From Octopus sinensis (taxonomy: Eukaryota), in assembly GCF_006345805.1 (NCBI RefSeq), contig NC_043003.1, forward strand, positions 38,564,001 to 38,628,000: a stretch of 64,000 bases of DNA. The letters run 5' to 3'. Of the stretch, positions 26,699 to 40,000 are shown one piece after another; positions within the stretch are counted from its first letter, which is position 1; every line of letters begins with the position of its first letter. Both the position numbers and the translations under genes were made by a program. The notes beneath the pieces were generated by a model that was given only the letters and a program-made list of their open reading frames with translations, was not told the DNA's origin and searched no databases.

Positions 26699-29600
26699 CT
26701 AAAACCAAGGTGTCATGTAAAAAGTTTTAGTGCAGGTGCTAGTTAAAAAGTATTGGTGATGGTGCCACAGAAAAAGCACCCAGTACACTCTGTGGGGTGG
26801 TTGTCATTATGAAGAGCATCCAGCCATAGAAACCAAACCAAAACAGACTATGGAACCTGGTGCATCCCCCTGGTCTTACCAGTTCCTGTGATGCCATCCA
26901 ACCAATGCCAACATGGAAAATGGACATTAAATGTTGATGATAAAATAGAACACAGTTCTCTATATTGCTTTAGTAATGTTGCTTGTGCTAGACTGGTGTC
27001 CTACTCAGAGAGAAGTTTAGCTTATCTGCATTTTAACATAAAATCTAAGAACTATAGCAAGGGATGGGAGAAGAGATTACATGCTAATGGCCCAACAAAC
27101 AGCAACAAAAGGTTGTGTTCTTTTCTGTTATAGACATATAGGGTAACTGGACAAGTGCTGAGTGAAAAAGTACCATGGTGGACTGGAAATGGAAGGAACT
27201 TGTGGCCAAGGAAGGAAAACATAGGTGATGAGGTCAGATTTCAGTATATTGGGCCTACAGACAAAATTAAAGAATGAAGAGAAGCAGTAATATGCTGAAA
27301 AGATTATCCAACCCAAACAGTATGGAAAAAAACACATTTATTAAGTTAAAGCATCAAAAACTAATGGCAAGTAAAAATTATAAACACATACAGTGAGAAA
27401 ATTTCTACAACGACCTATTTTCTCAATTAGCAGAAAAAGTATTTCCCTCAACAAATCTTCCAAATATTTTGAAGGGGATTTAGTGTAAAAAGCTTGAAAG
27501 AGCAGACTATTTAAATCAGGATTTTCCATGAAGTCACTAACTCAAAAGATACACTACTTAAAGTCTCCTAACTTGGAGAGGTGCAACCCAAGATTTCAGT
27601 TCATCTTTCATCAGAAACAAAATACAGTAATATTTTCTAATCATAAAATACACTAATTTGCAGCTAATATTTCCTCCAAAATTCCTCTTATCATATGGGA
27701 TATATTAAAAACTTTCATCATGTCAAAGTCATAGATTTAACATGGTAGTTATCTAGTTAATCAGCACTTAATCCTCACCACAACTGTACAGAAGATTAAA
27801 GTTTTTAATGCCAAATTGATATAACGCATTTTAATAAACACATGAAAATGTTAAAAATTGAGAAAAAACAACATACAACAAACTAAATATATGAAAACAA
27901 AATCCATGAACTTACTAAAAAAAAAAGCTATTGAAAACAGTAAAAGGAAAGGAAAAAATTAATAATAATAAAATAGTTCACAATGATATGAATATATGTA
28001 CATGCCTGCCTGCACGTACGCAAAGTAGATTGACACATTTGCCAATGTTAATATTCAAATTCATCGGGTTGAATTAGAATTTAAAAACAGATTGAGTGAA
28101 TGGAAAGGTGGAATGAGATCAGTTTTTTTTTTCTTTGACTATTATTAGATGAGGTGTGAGCCAGAAGTAGAAATGCTCACCATACAATTAGAGAGCAAGG
28201 GCGAGTTTGATCACAGGCAGTTAAAGTTGCCAATGAATAGCTAAGTGGTAATTAACCACCATCACAAAAACCTAACTACAACTACAACCAGCTGAAAAGA
28301 AATCTACAGCCATATCACATTAGGTGTAAAGAGAGATATTAGCAGGTTAATAAGGACCAACTAACTCAACTAAGGTGAGTCAAACTAACATACTAAACCA
28401 CAACACTAAAAACATTTTTAAATAGTAGCTGTGACGGTTATAATTCTGTCAGATTTCACAAGGTTAATATACTACTACTTAGCTGTTTCTCTTTTCTCAG
28501 AATCTATTTCAAATAGCCATGCTGACAGTAATAATGAAATTAAATAAATACCAAAGTGAAGATGTAAATGTGTGAAGCATGGGATTCATAAAACAATGCT
28601 TCAATATGAACATCTAAGTCGGAAGAAATAATTTCAAGCTGGTACATAATTGATTACTGAAAGTTATAGAAAGGACCAGGTACACTGAAAACTTGATAAA
28701 AGTTGAAGTAGCTGTGAAAGCAGAATGGGAAGCAAGTTGAAAAGTAGTTGGAAAGAGATACAGTTGTTAATCAGGCCTGCATAAGTTGTAAAGTGAGTGT
28801 TATGTTTGTTGTAGGAGAAATGTTGTGAGATGTGGAATTAAGTGATAACTTACATTTGACAGAGTCATAAAGCTGAGTTCACCCAAAGAAACAGGCATAT
28901 TGTGAAACAATAATCTTCATCTAACATCCAAGCTTAATTTTGAGTGACAGATAACTTATTACTAATGCAAAGCAAGTGCTATTAGTATTTTTTTTTTTTT
29001 AACTACTTCCAAGTTTAACAAACATCATTTTAAGGCCCATTTTCCTCATGCTGATATTGCTTCAAAAAATCTACAGTAGGACATCACAACTCAACATCAT
29101 CTGTGAGATCTTATTGTTGAAACTGAGCATTCTGAGACCTGATCCCTAGGTTTTCCTTGGTCTTAAACTGCCCCAGATACTTCCACTGAGCACATGGCAT
29201 TTGTACACCCAGATGAACCACCATCAAACAGACTATATTTTGGTATTTTGTCACTGAGGCATATCATTCAGGCTAAAAAGTACCCAATTGTTCTGATATT
29301 AACTTAAAATATGGAATCATCACCATCATTTAACATCCACCTTCCATGCTGGCATGGGTTGGATGGTTTGACAGGAGCTGGCCAAGTAGAAGCCTGCACC
29401 ATCTGTGTGTGTTTGCACAGTTTCTGGACCTGGATGCCCTTCCTAACACCAACCAGCCAGCAAAGTGGAATTAACAATTAAAAAATGCCCAGTTGTTCTG
29501 ATATTACCTTAGAATATAGAAAGAGCTAAGCTACAAACAAACCAAATATATTCTTACCAATACTTCTACAACTGTTTGATGTAAAGATTGTTAAAGAACA

Positions 29601-30005
29601 GATAAGTCAACAGGGCATGTCTTGCAAAGTAAAGGAGATCTGAGAACAGAATGAAGAAAATCACACATAAAAGTTACAAAATCATACTAATTCAATAACC
29701 CAGACATTCCAAACCAAAGTACAATATCCGACATTTATTGCTAGTGTTAGTGAGAGAGAAAGAATTGTATGGTTAACAAAAACAAATCAAATCCTGACTG
29801 ACATTTGAAACAAAACAGCATCAAAGAAACACTTCAGCCTCATATGAAACACTTGTGTTAGAAAGTGTACAATTGAAGTAATGCAAACATGGAGTAAGTA
29901 TTAATAAACAGCCGATAATTTAAAGCTAATAAATGTTCAACTAAGGAAATATCTTAGTTTGCTGATTTTGCCCAACCAGTGAGGTTAGGCTGTGTAGATA
30001 ATACT

Positions 30006-30607
30006 TCATCATCATTTAACGTCCGCTTTCCATGCTAGCATGGGTTGGACGGTTCAACTGGGGTCTGGGGAGCCCGAAGGCTGCACCAGGCCAGTCAGAT
30101 CTGGCAGTGTTTCTACAGCTGGATGCCCTTCCTAATGCCAACCACTCTGAGAGTGTAGTGGGTGATTTTATGTGCCACCGACACAGGTGCCAGACGAGGC
30201 TGGCGAACGGCCACGCTCGGATGGTGTTTTTTATGTGCCACCGACACAGGTGCCAGACGAGGCTGGCAGACGGCCACGCTCGGATGGTGTTTTTTATGTG
30301 CCACGGACACAGGTGCCAGACGAGGCTGGCGAACGGCCACGATCGGATGGTGTTTGTTACGTGCCCACAGCACGGAGGCCAGTCGATGCGGTACTGGCTA
30401 CGGCCACGTTCGGATGGTTTTCTTGTGTGCCACTGGCACTGGTACCACAAAGATACAAATTCCATTGATGTTCATCTATTTTGATTTGTTTTGATTTTCA
30501 CTTGCCTCAACAGGTCTTCACAAGTGTCACAAGAAGGAAGGTATGCACAGGTGGACTGACTACGTCCCAGGTAGGGGCCACGGGTTATGGCCTGACTAGT
30601 CTTGCCA
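30006..30607 (-). mobile_element. SINE-like/non-autonomous retroelement with (GAT)n tail and internal 63-bp tandem array; longest copy in the window
   Basis: Tail catgctagcatggaaagcggacgttaaatgatgatga (minus), core ggcattaggaagggcatccagc, array units starting at 30172, 30235, 30298 and 30361. The RTE-clade affinity is inferred from the tail style. Confidence 0.85.
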
Positions 30608-31177
30608 AAGTGGAATAAATTAGTTTGCTGCAAGAGAGAAGAGAAATCTAATGTTTGGACAGAAACCTTCATTTTCTCTCTAACAAAGGACCCTGCCTAA
30701 AATGTTAAGACTTCTCTTTCTTCCACTTTGCAAACTTTTTGTATATATAGCATGTGCATGCGTGCATTTGTGTTTGTCCCCCATCACTGCCAAGCAGCCA
30801 TTGTTGGCAAGTTCATGTCCTTGTAACATAGCAATTCATCAAGTCACTAATAGAATAAGTACCAGGCTAAAAAAAAATGTACTGGGGTTGATTTGTGTGA
30901 CTAAGGCTTTCAAGGCAGTGCCCCATCACAGTCACAGTCTAATGCCTGGAACAAGTAAAAGATTCTATTTGTTAACACAGACCATGGTTAGACAGATTCT
31001 GTTGTCTCAGTTAAGTAGCATTTAGTTTGATTTGATGAGGATAAGTGGTTAAGAGAATGTAAAATAGATGAAGATACAAGAAATCAGAAAGCCAGTTGAG
31101 ATCAGCAGTTCTACCTCATCACCAGTATTACAGAAAAATCAGAATAAGACTTTCTTTTTGATTCATTGCTGGTGTAA

Positions 31178-31745
31178 TATAGTGTTGAGTTAAAAGTTTT
31201 GTGATATTTCAGTAACTTGTTTTATTTGTCAAGATACAGCAAAAGCAGCCCAGCATTTAAAGTAGAGACCATCGTGTTGCACCATCTGAAGTCACCTTTC
31301 CGCCAGTTCTTTGATCCCAAGCTGATACCAGTTCTTGTCCTTTGAGGTGAAGAACTCCTCCACTAAAGCTTCCACCTCTTCTTGAATGATGAAGTACCGC
31401 ATGCACAGGAAGTGAGCCATGGATCGTAGCAAGTAATAATCAGGACTATATGCTCAGTGTAGTATAAATTCAATTCCCTCAAGTTCCTGGAGTTTATTCC
31501 AAGTCATTCAACTGGTATAAGGTCTTGTGTTGTTTTGCTGCAGAAGATCTTGCTTTCTGTTAACTAACGCCAGGTAATCTTGCTGCACAATAGCATACAT
31601 CCATTTCAGCTGTTTGGAGTACAGGTTGACATGATGGTTCAACCATCTGGAACAAACTCGTGAATTATTCCCTCATAATTCCACTGGATGCAGAGCAACA
31701 CCTTGTGTCTAAAATGCCCATGTTTGGTCACAAGTTCCAGAAGCT
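31178..31745 (-). mobile_element. Decayed mariner 3' half (catalytic domain to right terminus)
   Basis: The minus strand reads ...KVLLCIQWNYEGIIH...LQQNNTRPY...AYSPDYYLLRSMAHFL...FFTSKDKNWYQLGIKELAER...VQHDGLYF, followed by a terminus ending in TA. Confidence 0.85.
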
Positions 31746-31789
31746 GGCTTTTGCTTAATCACTATGCATGTTAGGATAGTAGAAAAATA

Positions 31790-32227
31790 TCTCCCACAGA
31801 TTATTACTTGTTATGATCCATGATTGACTTCCTGCACTTGCGACGCTTCATCAACCAAGAAAATGCAAAAGCTTTGGTGAAGGACAAGCTTTGCCTCAAA
31901 GGGCAAGAGCTGGTATCAGCTTAGGATAAAAAAAATTTTAAAACTGGCAGAAAAGTAGCTTCAGACAGTGCAACACAATGGCCTCCACTCTGAATGCTGC
32001 TTTTGTGATAACAAACAAAGCAAATAAATTACCAAAATATTATAAAACATTCTTCACTCACGGAGTGGTTGGCGTTAGGAAGGGCATCCAGCTGTAGAAA
32101 CACAGACAGATCAGACTGGAGCCTGGTGCAGCCTCCTGGCTTCCCAGACCAGCAGTCGAACCATCCAACACGTGCTAGCACGGAAAATGGATGTTAAACG
32201 ATGATGATGATTTAACTCAATACAATA
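31790..32227 (+). mobile_element. Second, inverted mariner 3' end, interrupted by a SINE at 32055-32211
   Basis: 31799-32050 aligns with the reverse complement of 31195-31441. The terminus ttaactcaatacaata (32212-32227) matches the reverse complement of 31178-31193 with 2 mismatches. Confidence 0.8.
32055..32211 (+). mobile_element. (GAT)n-tailed SINE-like element, 5'-truncated, inserted into a mariner terminus
   Basis: cactcacggagtggttggcgttaggaagggcatccagc...ttaaacgatgatgatgat; mariner sequence resumes on both sides. Confidence 0.85.
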
Positions 32228-33399
32228 CATCAGTGGTGCCCTCATGTAGATATATTATACTGCTGTATGCAGTGACATCCCTTTGGAACTAATATTTCAA
32301 TAGTGTGTCGTGCTGGATTCAATTTCTCCAATGAGCTAGATCACAACCACAACCAGAAGTAGATTTTTCTCATCTACTTAACACAGAGAATTGGAGATGA
32401 TTACTAACTCTAAAGGATGTTATAGTTCAGAAAAAAAAGTTAGTTTAGTATTTGGTGGGAAAACATTAACAGCGATATAATAAGAGTGTTAAGATTGGGG
32501 AAAGTTATCAGAAGAGTACAGATGGGGAAACAATAAGATATGATGGGCAACAGGTAGGCAAAGCATTGAGGTTAATGAAAGTTGAAGACTTCAAAGAAGG
32601 TGATCATAAAAGCAGTATCAATAATACGGAGTGGAAACAGTTGTAAAGTAACCTATAAGAAACACATTTGTTCTATAAAGTCAATGATGTGTGAATGTAG
32701 AGGTTACACTATATCAAGGATAGGTATACTATTAGGTAGTATCTGTTGTTGACAGTAAATACAAAAATACACAAATTTCCTAGAAATAACACACACACAC
32801 ACACACACAAGCACTTGCTGAAATAGCTGCATAATGTTGTTGACAAATTCAAAAGAAGAGTGTACTAAACAGACTTTTTTGTGCTTTTATGTGAAACATT
32901 CGTAAACAACTATTGCCTCATCAGGTAAAAATAGACTGACACCAAATTTATATAAAACAACTTTCATGTTATATGTATAATAAAATGTTAGTGGATAATG
33001 TGCTTGGAATTGGGTCCTGTGTTCCAGCTGCCTCCTTTTTAGTTGCAAATATAAAGTGATTTTGAAATTTGGAAAAAATTGGAAATCCAAAACTCTTAAT
33101 TATGCTACTGACAAACACAAGGTATGCAAATGATTCTAATCTTTAGAGCTTTGTGTTTGACTTAAATAGCTACTGCTATGTAGTTCTCTTCATGAACAGG
33201 TAGGGGAGAAGTATTTAAGATCTATGAACTGTGAAACATAAAAACAAGCTCCTTTGCATTTTTGTGTACAAAGTGTATTAATATCTGTTTAGAATTTCAC
33301 AGGAAAAAATAAACACAGATTTAAATATTTAATATCTACTTTAAGTTTCTAACACATATGGTGTTATGCATACATACAATATATACACACACATATATA

Positions 33400-33785
33400 T
33401 CTCTCTCTCTATAAACGGCAGTTTGTCTGTGTGTGTTTCTGTGTGTCTGTTTGGTTGTACCCTTACCCTGACCACGGCTTTCAACCGATTCTGATGAAAC
33501 TTGACACACACATAGCCCAATGTCATAATTCAAAACTAACGCAGCGAAAATTTTGAAAAGTTCCCCCAGTTCTGAAAAAAATCGATAAATTCGACATGGG
33601 GTCGAGAATCAGAAACCCAAACCCCAGACCGTCTAGGGGACGCAACTCCACCTTTTTTAACTCTCAAAAAAAATTAGCATCATTTTTTTTTCCATTTTTT
33701 TTGCTATTTTTTGGCTATAACTCTCTAAAAATGCTTTATAGTTATTTCCCTTACAAACCTGAGCAACGCCGGGCGATACTGCTAG
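33400..33785 (+). mobile_element. Non-autonomous Helitron/Helentron-like element
   Basis: A|TC 5' start, a (GT/GTCT)n-rich tract near the 5' end, the aaccgattctgatgaaactt motif, a 3' hairpin remnant cctgagcaacgccggg about 8 nt before the CTAG|T terminus, no TSD. CpG-rich inside a CpG-poor intron. Confidence 0.75.
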
Positions 33786-33801
33786 TGTGTATATATATGT
33801 A

Positions 33802-33849
<48 letters not shown>

Positions 33850-35189
33850 CATACATACATACATACACACACACACGTGTGTGTGTGTGTATATACACAC
33901 ACACATATATACCACGGTGGAGTGGTTGGCATTCTGAAGGGCATCCAGCTATAAAAACAATGCCAAACGTGACCTCATCTGTGCTGGTGCCACGTAAAAG
34001 CACTCAGTCCACTCTGTGCGGTGGTTGGTGTCAGGAAGGGCATCTAGCCATAAAAACCACGCCAAAATAAACACAAAAGTCTGCTACCTGACCAGCTCCT
34101 GTCAAACCATCCAACCCATGCCAGTATGCAAGGCAGATGTTAAACAAGGATACATACACTACTCATGTGACTAATGATGTTAGCAAATGTATTTTGTACA
34201 TTATGCATTGCTCTTTCTTACCAACACTCTACACTCTTTCACTCTCTCATCCTTATCACCCTGGTTCCTTTGCCAATATTGAGGCAAATGCATAAAGGAG
34301 CTCATCATTCACTCCATGGCCTCTATCTATATTCACCACTACCTGCTTGCTATCAATAGCCATCACCATCTTTCACTCACCTCTTACTCTCTATCTCTTA
34401 CTTGTAGCTTCTCTAGTGGTGGTGTCACAATAAAATGCACCCAGTAAACTCTGAAAAGTGGTTGATGTTAGCCATAGAAACCAGACCAGAAATGGAATTT
34501 ACATGTAAGATATAATCCTCCAAGCCATTTAAGACAACTGTAACAACCAGTCCAACCCATTCCAGCATTGAAAGTAGAAGTAAAGCAATGATAATATACA
34601 CAATTTACACCTACACATGCAGGTAATCTAATTAGCAGTGGAGAAGAATAGAATAAGAACAGGATGGAGAAAGCTCTAGCTATGTTAAATAAACCATCAT
34701 CAAAGGGGTATCTGATGTCGTTTTATATTGACTAGAGTAAATTCAAAAAGCATCACAGACAATATAAGGAAAGAGTGTAGGTACAAGAAGGCAACTCTGC
34801 TGCAATCCTCATGTAATCAAGAAGTGTTCAGAAAATTGTTTTGATGCAAAATGCAACCTCAAGCCATTTTGAGGTGTTTGAACCAATGAGATAAAGTGGT
34901 TAGGGTAGCCAAAACATTGAAGAAACATTAACATAGCATAATTTGGGATACTGTCAAAAGCTTTTTCCATTTAGGTTGTAGAAGAAAAGCAATAGTGGGT
35001 TCTGTTGTTTTTTGCTTCTCTCTCGCAATTGTGTTGCACAGAAAATCTTGTTAGCTGTCCTACTTACTAATACTTGAGCCTCTGTTAAATTCACTTTGAA
35101 CATCTTACAATTCTAGGTTTTATCCTAACAACCCTTCATTTAGTGGAGCAAACAGAGTGCATTTTATCTCACACACACATTCACATATA

Positions 35190-35437
35190 TCATCATCATT
35201 ATCGTTTAACGTCTGCTTTCCATGCTGTCATGGGTTGGATGGTTTGACTGAAGACTGGCAAGCCATGTGGCTGCACCAGGCTCCAATCTGATCTGGCAAG
35301 GTTTCTATAGCTGGATGCCCTTCCTAACATAACCACTCCGAGAGTGTAGTGGGTGCTTTTTACATGCTACCAGTATGGGAACCAGTCGGGCAGCACTTAC
35401 ATCGACCACGCTTGAATGGTGCTTTTTATGTGTCACC
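35190..35437 (-). mobile_element. (GAT)n-tailed SINE-like element
   Basis: catcatcattatcgtttaacgtctgctttccatg...ggatgcccttcctaac. Confidence 0.8.
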
Positions 35438-36094
35438 AATATATATACAGGCACGCAGACAGATAGACAGACATCTTTTGCTTTTTCAGTCATTAGACTG
35501 TGGCCATGCTGGGGCACCACCTTGAAGAATTTTTAGTCGAATCAAACCCAGTACTTTCTTTTAAACCTGGTACTTATTACATTAGTCTCTTTTACCAAAC
35601 AGCTAAGTTATGGCAAATAACACATGAACATTGGTTGTCAAATGGTGAAGGAGGACAAACACAAAGACACACACAGGTTTCTTTCAGTTTCCATTTACCA
35701 AATCCAATCACAAAGATTTGGTTGGCTCAAGGCTATAGTACAAGATAACTACACAAGACACCATGCTGGGGGACTGAACCAAGAACCATGTGGCAGGGAA
35801 GTAAGCATCTCACCACACACCTATGCCTGTACTTGTGTGTGGACCACTGAAATCTACAAGTTTTTTTTTATTCTCTCTTTGTTTATTTTCTTTTATTCCT
35901 TTCTATTGACGAGCATAGGCTCGAAACATAAAAGAGGTTTCCATTTTCCTTAACATCAAACTAATATATTTGCTTGTTGTTCATACACCTGTCTATGTCT
36001 TTCTATAAATTTCAACTATACATACATTCACATACAATACACACCACATATGCATATACATACATGCTTATGTATGCATATGTATATACATGCA

Positions 36095-36360
36095 TTTGCA
36101 TACATACATACTTATGTATGCATATGTATATACATATGCATATACATACATACTTATGTATGCATATGTATATACATATGCATATACATACATACTTATG
36201 TATGCATATGTATATACATATGCATATACATACATACTTATGTATGCATATGTGTATACATATGCATATACATACATACTTATGTATGCATATGTATATA
36301 CATATGCATATACATACATATCTATATACATGCATATGCATACATACATACTTATGTATG
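36095..36360. repeat. 42-bp minisatellite built from TATG/CATA motifs
   Basis: tacttatg recurs at 36151, 36193, 36235 and 36277. Confidence 0.9.
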
Positions 36361-37061
36361 CATATACATACATATGCATACGTACATGCATTCGTATGTA
36401 CATACAATCTTACACACTGTATAATCTGACTGAATGACATTTTTGTAAGTATGCATAAAATGTTTTCTTACACAACCCATGCACATACTTCAATTTTACC
36501 AGAAAAGATGGGTTATAACCAGGAGGTGTTGACAGGCTTTGATGAGGCAATGACTATAAGCTGCTGCCACAAAATTATGTGCTAAACCCTCACCCATTTT
36601 TTCACCTTATGTGAGACTAAGTACACTACCACAAACACCAGAACCTCAAGACTGTGCAACATTTACTAGTTTGCTAGTCTATCAGATGTAACTGTAACCA
36701 GATGGACTGTAAATGAAAAAAAAGGTATGTGAGGTGACGACTGTTGGGGGTACAAGTTGAAAAGAGGATATCACACCAAGTGCTTGTGTTTTGCTGTCTA
36801 CACCACAAATGTTCCCCAAGAGAATTCTTGCAAATATGTGTAAGTGTATGTGTTTGCTGTAACCTGTTTACTGTGTATCAGACTACACAGTTCCACTAAA
36901 AGGATGCACAGAGCAAATTTCTGTATATACAGCAAAACATAACTACATACTTATATTCACATATATGCAAACATATACATGTCCATACATTGAAATCATC
37001 ATCATCATCATCGTTTAACGTCCGTTTTCCATGTTAGCATGGGTTGGACATCAAGAAATAC

Positions 37062-37126
<65 letters not shown>

Positions 37127-38483
37127 TACATAAGCACATATTGTAGCGTGCATATAGGCATGCTTAAGAAGTTCATTTTGTTACACAGTTTCGAACCCAC
37201 AATGCTAATGTACCAAATGCAAGTGTTCTCAGTGGAGTTTTGGAATAGCTTTTCCTTAAGTTCCATATATCATGATAAAGTGAGGAGGGAGGGTTACAGA
37301 AAATAATTGAAATTTTGGGGAGGAAAAAATTTTCAGAATCATAATTTCCATTTTATGAAACCCAGAAATACTAATCAATGTATGGGACTTCGACGGACAG
37401 CTATTTCAAGACTGTCATGTATGCTATTGCAGCTTCAGACCCACCAAAAATTTGTCAGTAGGTGGAAACAGTATGGAAGCCCATTAGAAGTAGGGAAACT
37501 TAAACTGTCTCCCTATTAAACAGAAGTATTTGATCCTTAGGGGCATTTCACGTGCTGTCCACTCCATTGAGGACTAGGTCACAGGTTCACAGATAATATC
37601 TTATTAGGCACTAAGATGATAAAAAGTATCATGGGAGATGACCCTTTCTTTTCTGATAAAGTCTTAAAGAAAACAAAATGCAACAACAAATGTCAAGTTG
37701 CCCTAACAGGAATACGCCAGTGAAGAGAAAAAAAATAGTGGGGGGGGGGGCGCCAAATGATGACGATATATAGAAGCAATTCGTCATAACCAATCAACTC
37801 TTCAATTATCTAAAGCTGCAAAGTCAATTTAAACGTGGAGGTATCAATGACGATGACAATAATGGTGATTTTTTTTACATAGGTACAAAAAACACAAATT
37901 TGCTGGAAAGGGGTGTATTTTTACTGGTACTTCTTTTATCAACCATTGAAGAATGGGTAACACCCGCACGAGTTTCATAAGAAAGAAAAAAAAAAAAACT
38001 CGGATTTTTTGTGTGGAATCAAGTACCCTGACTTTCTAATATGCTGCAAATCCCTTATTTTAGTTCGTTAAGTGGGAGGGGGCGGAAACCCTAGTTTTTA
38101 AATTTTTTTTTTTTTTCTTAGTGAAAATCATAAGGGTGTTACTAAAAAAATTTACCAAAGAATGAAAGAAAAAGTCGGCTTCAGAGGAAAATTTCAAGTG
38201 AGACGTAAAAGGGCGTAAAAAATACTGCAGGGCATTTTATCTACAACAATAATTATTATCGTGCATGATAATAAATAATATCAATACTTTTCTACAAAGG
38301 GCACAAAGACCTGAAAATTTGGTGGAGTGAGCTAGTCCAGGACATAAACCCAGAGCTCAGCTGGCACGTATTAATATCGATTCCGAAAGGACGAAAGGTA
38401 GATAGACAGATAAATAAATGAATAAATAAATAAATAAATAAATACTAACAACAAAAACGATTTCTTTCCATAAAATAATTTAC

Positions 38484-38553
38484 CTATTTTGCTACAAAGG
38501 CAACGCAAAAGAACGAGTATCGGAAAACGACACAAAACATGTGAAATGTACAT
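38484..38553 (-). other. Candidate first exon segment (ATG...MYISHVLCRFPILVLLRCLCSKI, or 5' UTR) of the minus-strand gene
   Basis: Strong donor ATAG|GTAAAT at 38484/38483, at the edge of the CpG-rich zone and just downstream (minus sense) of promoter-type motifs. Confidence 0.35.
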
Positions 38554-38599
38554 TTATCAAACACAAAATACCGTTAACAAAGCAAACATAAAACACAGC

Positions 38600-38900
38600 A
38601 TTATTTTTATATGAGACGATTAACACGATTACTTCCTCACATTGACTGACTCCATAGCATTAGAGGAGATAGGCGTTAATTCGATTTTGAATCGACCCGA
38701 GTAGAAAACTGGTACTTCATACTTTATATATTAGAGGTAAGCCAGCCAAAAAAGGCAGACGGAAGTCGCCACCTTAATTCTTCCTTTGCCATGAGGGCAA
38801 ACAAGCGCAAGTGATCATAAAACAATAACACATTCACGCATACCATAGTCATTTAAAACAGGGTCGCCATGTAAAAAAAAGGAGCTACTCGCATACATTT
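38600..38900 (-). promoter_or_regulatory. Probable CpG-rich housekeeping-type promoter region
   Basis: ETS-type CGGAAGT (38760-38766) and ACTTCC (38631-38636), a YY1-like CGCCATGT (38865-38872; ACATGGCG on minus), many CpGs, and the CpG-poor domain begins downstream on the minus strand. Confidence 0.4.
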
Positions 38901-39439
38901 TTATACACCCGTTTCCATTTCATTCATTCATTCACAAACCAAGGAAAGACGTGGGCATATCCAGAACAGATTTATACATACCTTGCATATATATATATAT
39001 ATATATATATAAAGACGTATGTACACACACACACTTAGGTGTGTTTTTAGTGTGTAAAACTTGTGCAAATTAGCAATGAAGAATCAGTATATTTCACAGG
39101 ATATACATACATACGTATGTGTGAGTGTGTATGTGCATACGTATATACAATAGTACGTAAATATACATGCAACATAACAAACGCACGTACAAAATGGCTA
39201 ACAGAATTTAAAAATAATAATGTGTGCGTGTGTGTTCGCATGTATTAAATATAAACATGCACTACTTTGAAAAGCTTAAGAGCGGCACATACATACATAT
39301 TAAGATGTACACATGCGCATACGCAATAAAACATTTTTGTTTCTTTTCTACAAGAAACAGTTATACACCTGCAAGAAGCAATGTTTCAAACGACTACATT
39401 CAATTCATTCTCACCTTGAAGAAAGTGTGTGTATATTAC

Positions 39440-39897
39440 AAATAGCAAGCATAGACAGACAGACATAGATAATAGGGATAGGTACAGACAGACAGACATA
39501 GATAATAGGGATAGATAGAGACAGACAGACAGAGAGATAGACAGACAGACAGACAGGTAGATAGATAGATAGAGATAGACAGATAGATAGATAGAGAGAC
39601 AGATAGAGATAGATAGATAGACAGATAGAGATAGATAGATAGATAGATAAGACAGACAGATAGATAGACAGATAAGACAGACAGACAGATAGATAGATAG
39701 ATAGACAGATAAGACAGACAGACAGACAGATAAGACAGACAGACAGACAGACAAGATAGATAGATAGATAGATAGATAGATAAAACAGACAGATAGATAG
39801 ACAGATAGGTAGGTAGACAGACGGACAGATAGGTAGACAGACGGACAGATAGACAGACAGACAGATGATAGACAGACAGATGATAGACAGATAGCAA
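39440..39897. repeat. Compound (GATA)n/(GACA)n microsatellite
   Basis: Direct inspection. Confidence 0.95.
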
Positions 39898-40000
39898 CAG
39901 GGTTTACTCACACACACATACCCAAAATATATGTGTATGTGTGTATATATATATATATATATACACATATATATATATATACACATATATATATATATAT

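Noticed and set aside
30185-30235. Hammerhead-like cagacga...gaac inside the 63-bp unit
   Set aside because: Stems I-III cannot be formed convincingly, and the core is not conserved in the 44.5-kb copy.
30172-30430. The 63-bp array as a CRISPR-like repeat
   Set aside because: The units are contiguous with no unique spacers, there are no cas genes, and the context is a eukaryotic retroelement.
30016-30494. Five overlapping repetitive ORFs, and similar ones at 15.5-15.9, 44.2-44.8 and 45.2-45.6 kb
   Set aside because: They arise from the GC-rich 63-bp (in-frame multiple) array in a SINE-like element.
35974-36440. Stacked 110-150 aa ORFs (also at 39386-39986, 61071-61932 and 62383-63093)
   Set aside because: They are translations of microsatellites, minisatellites or the palindrome (IYIY, CMYV, LSIY runs), open in many frames, with no coding signal.
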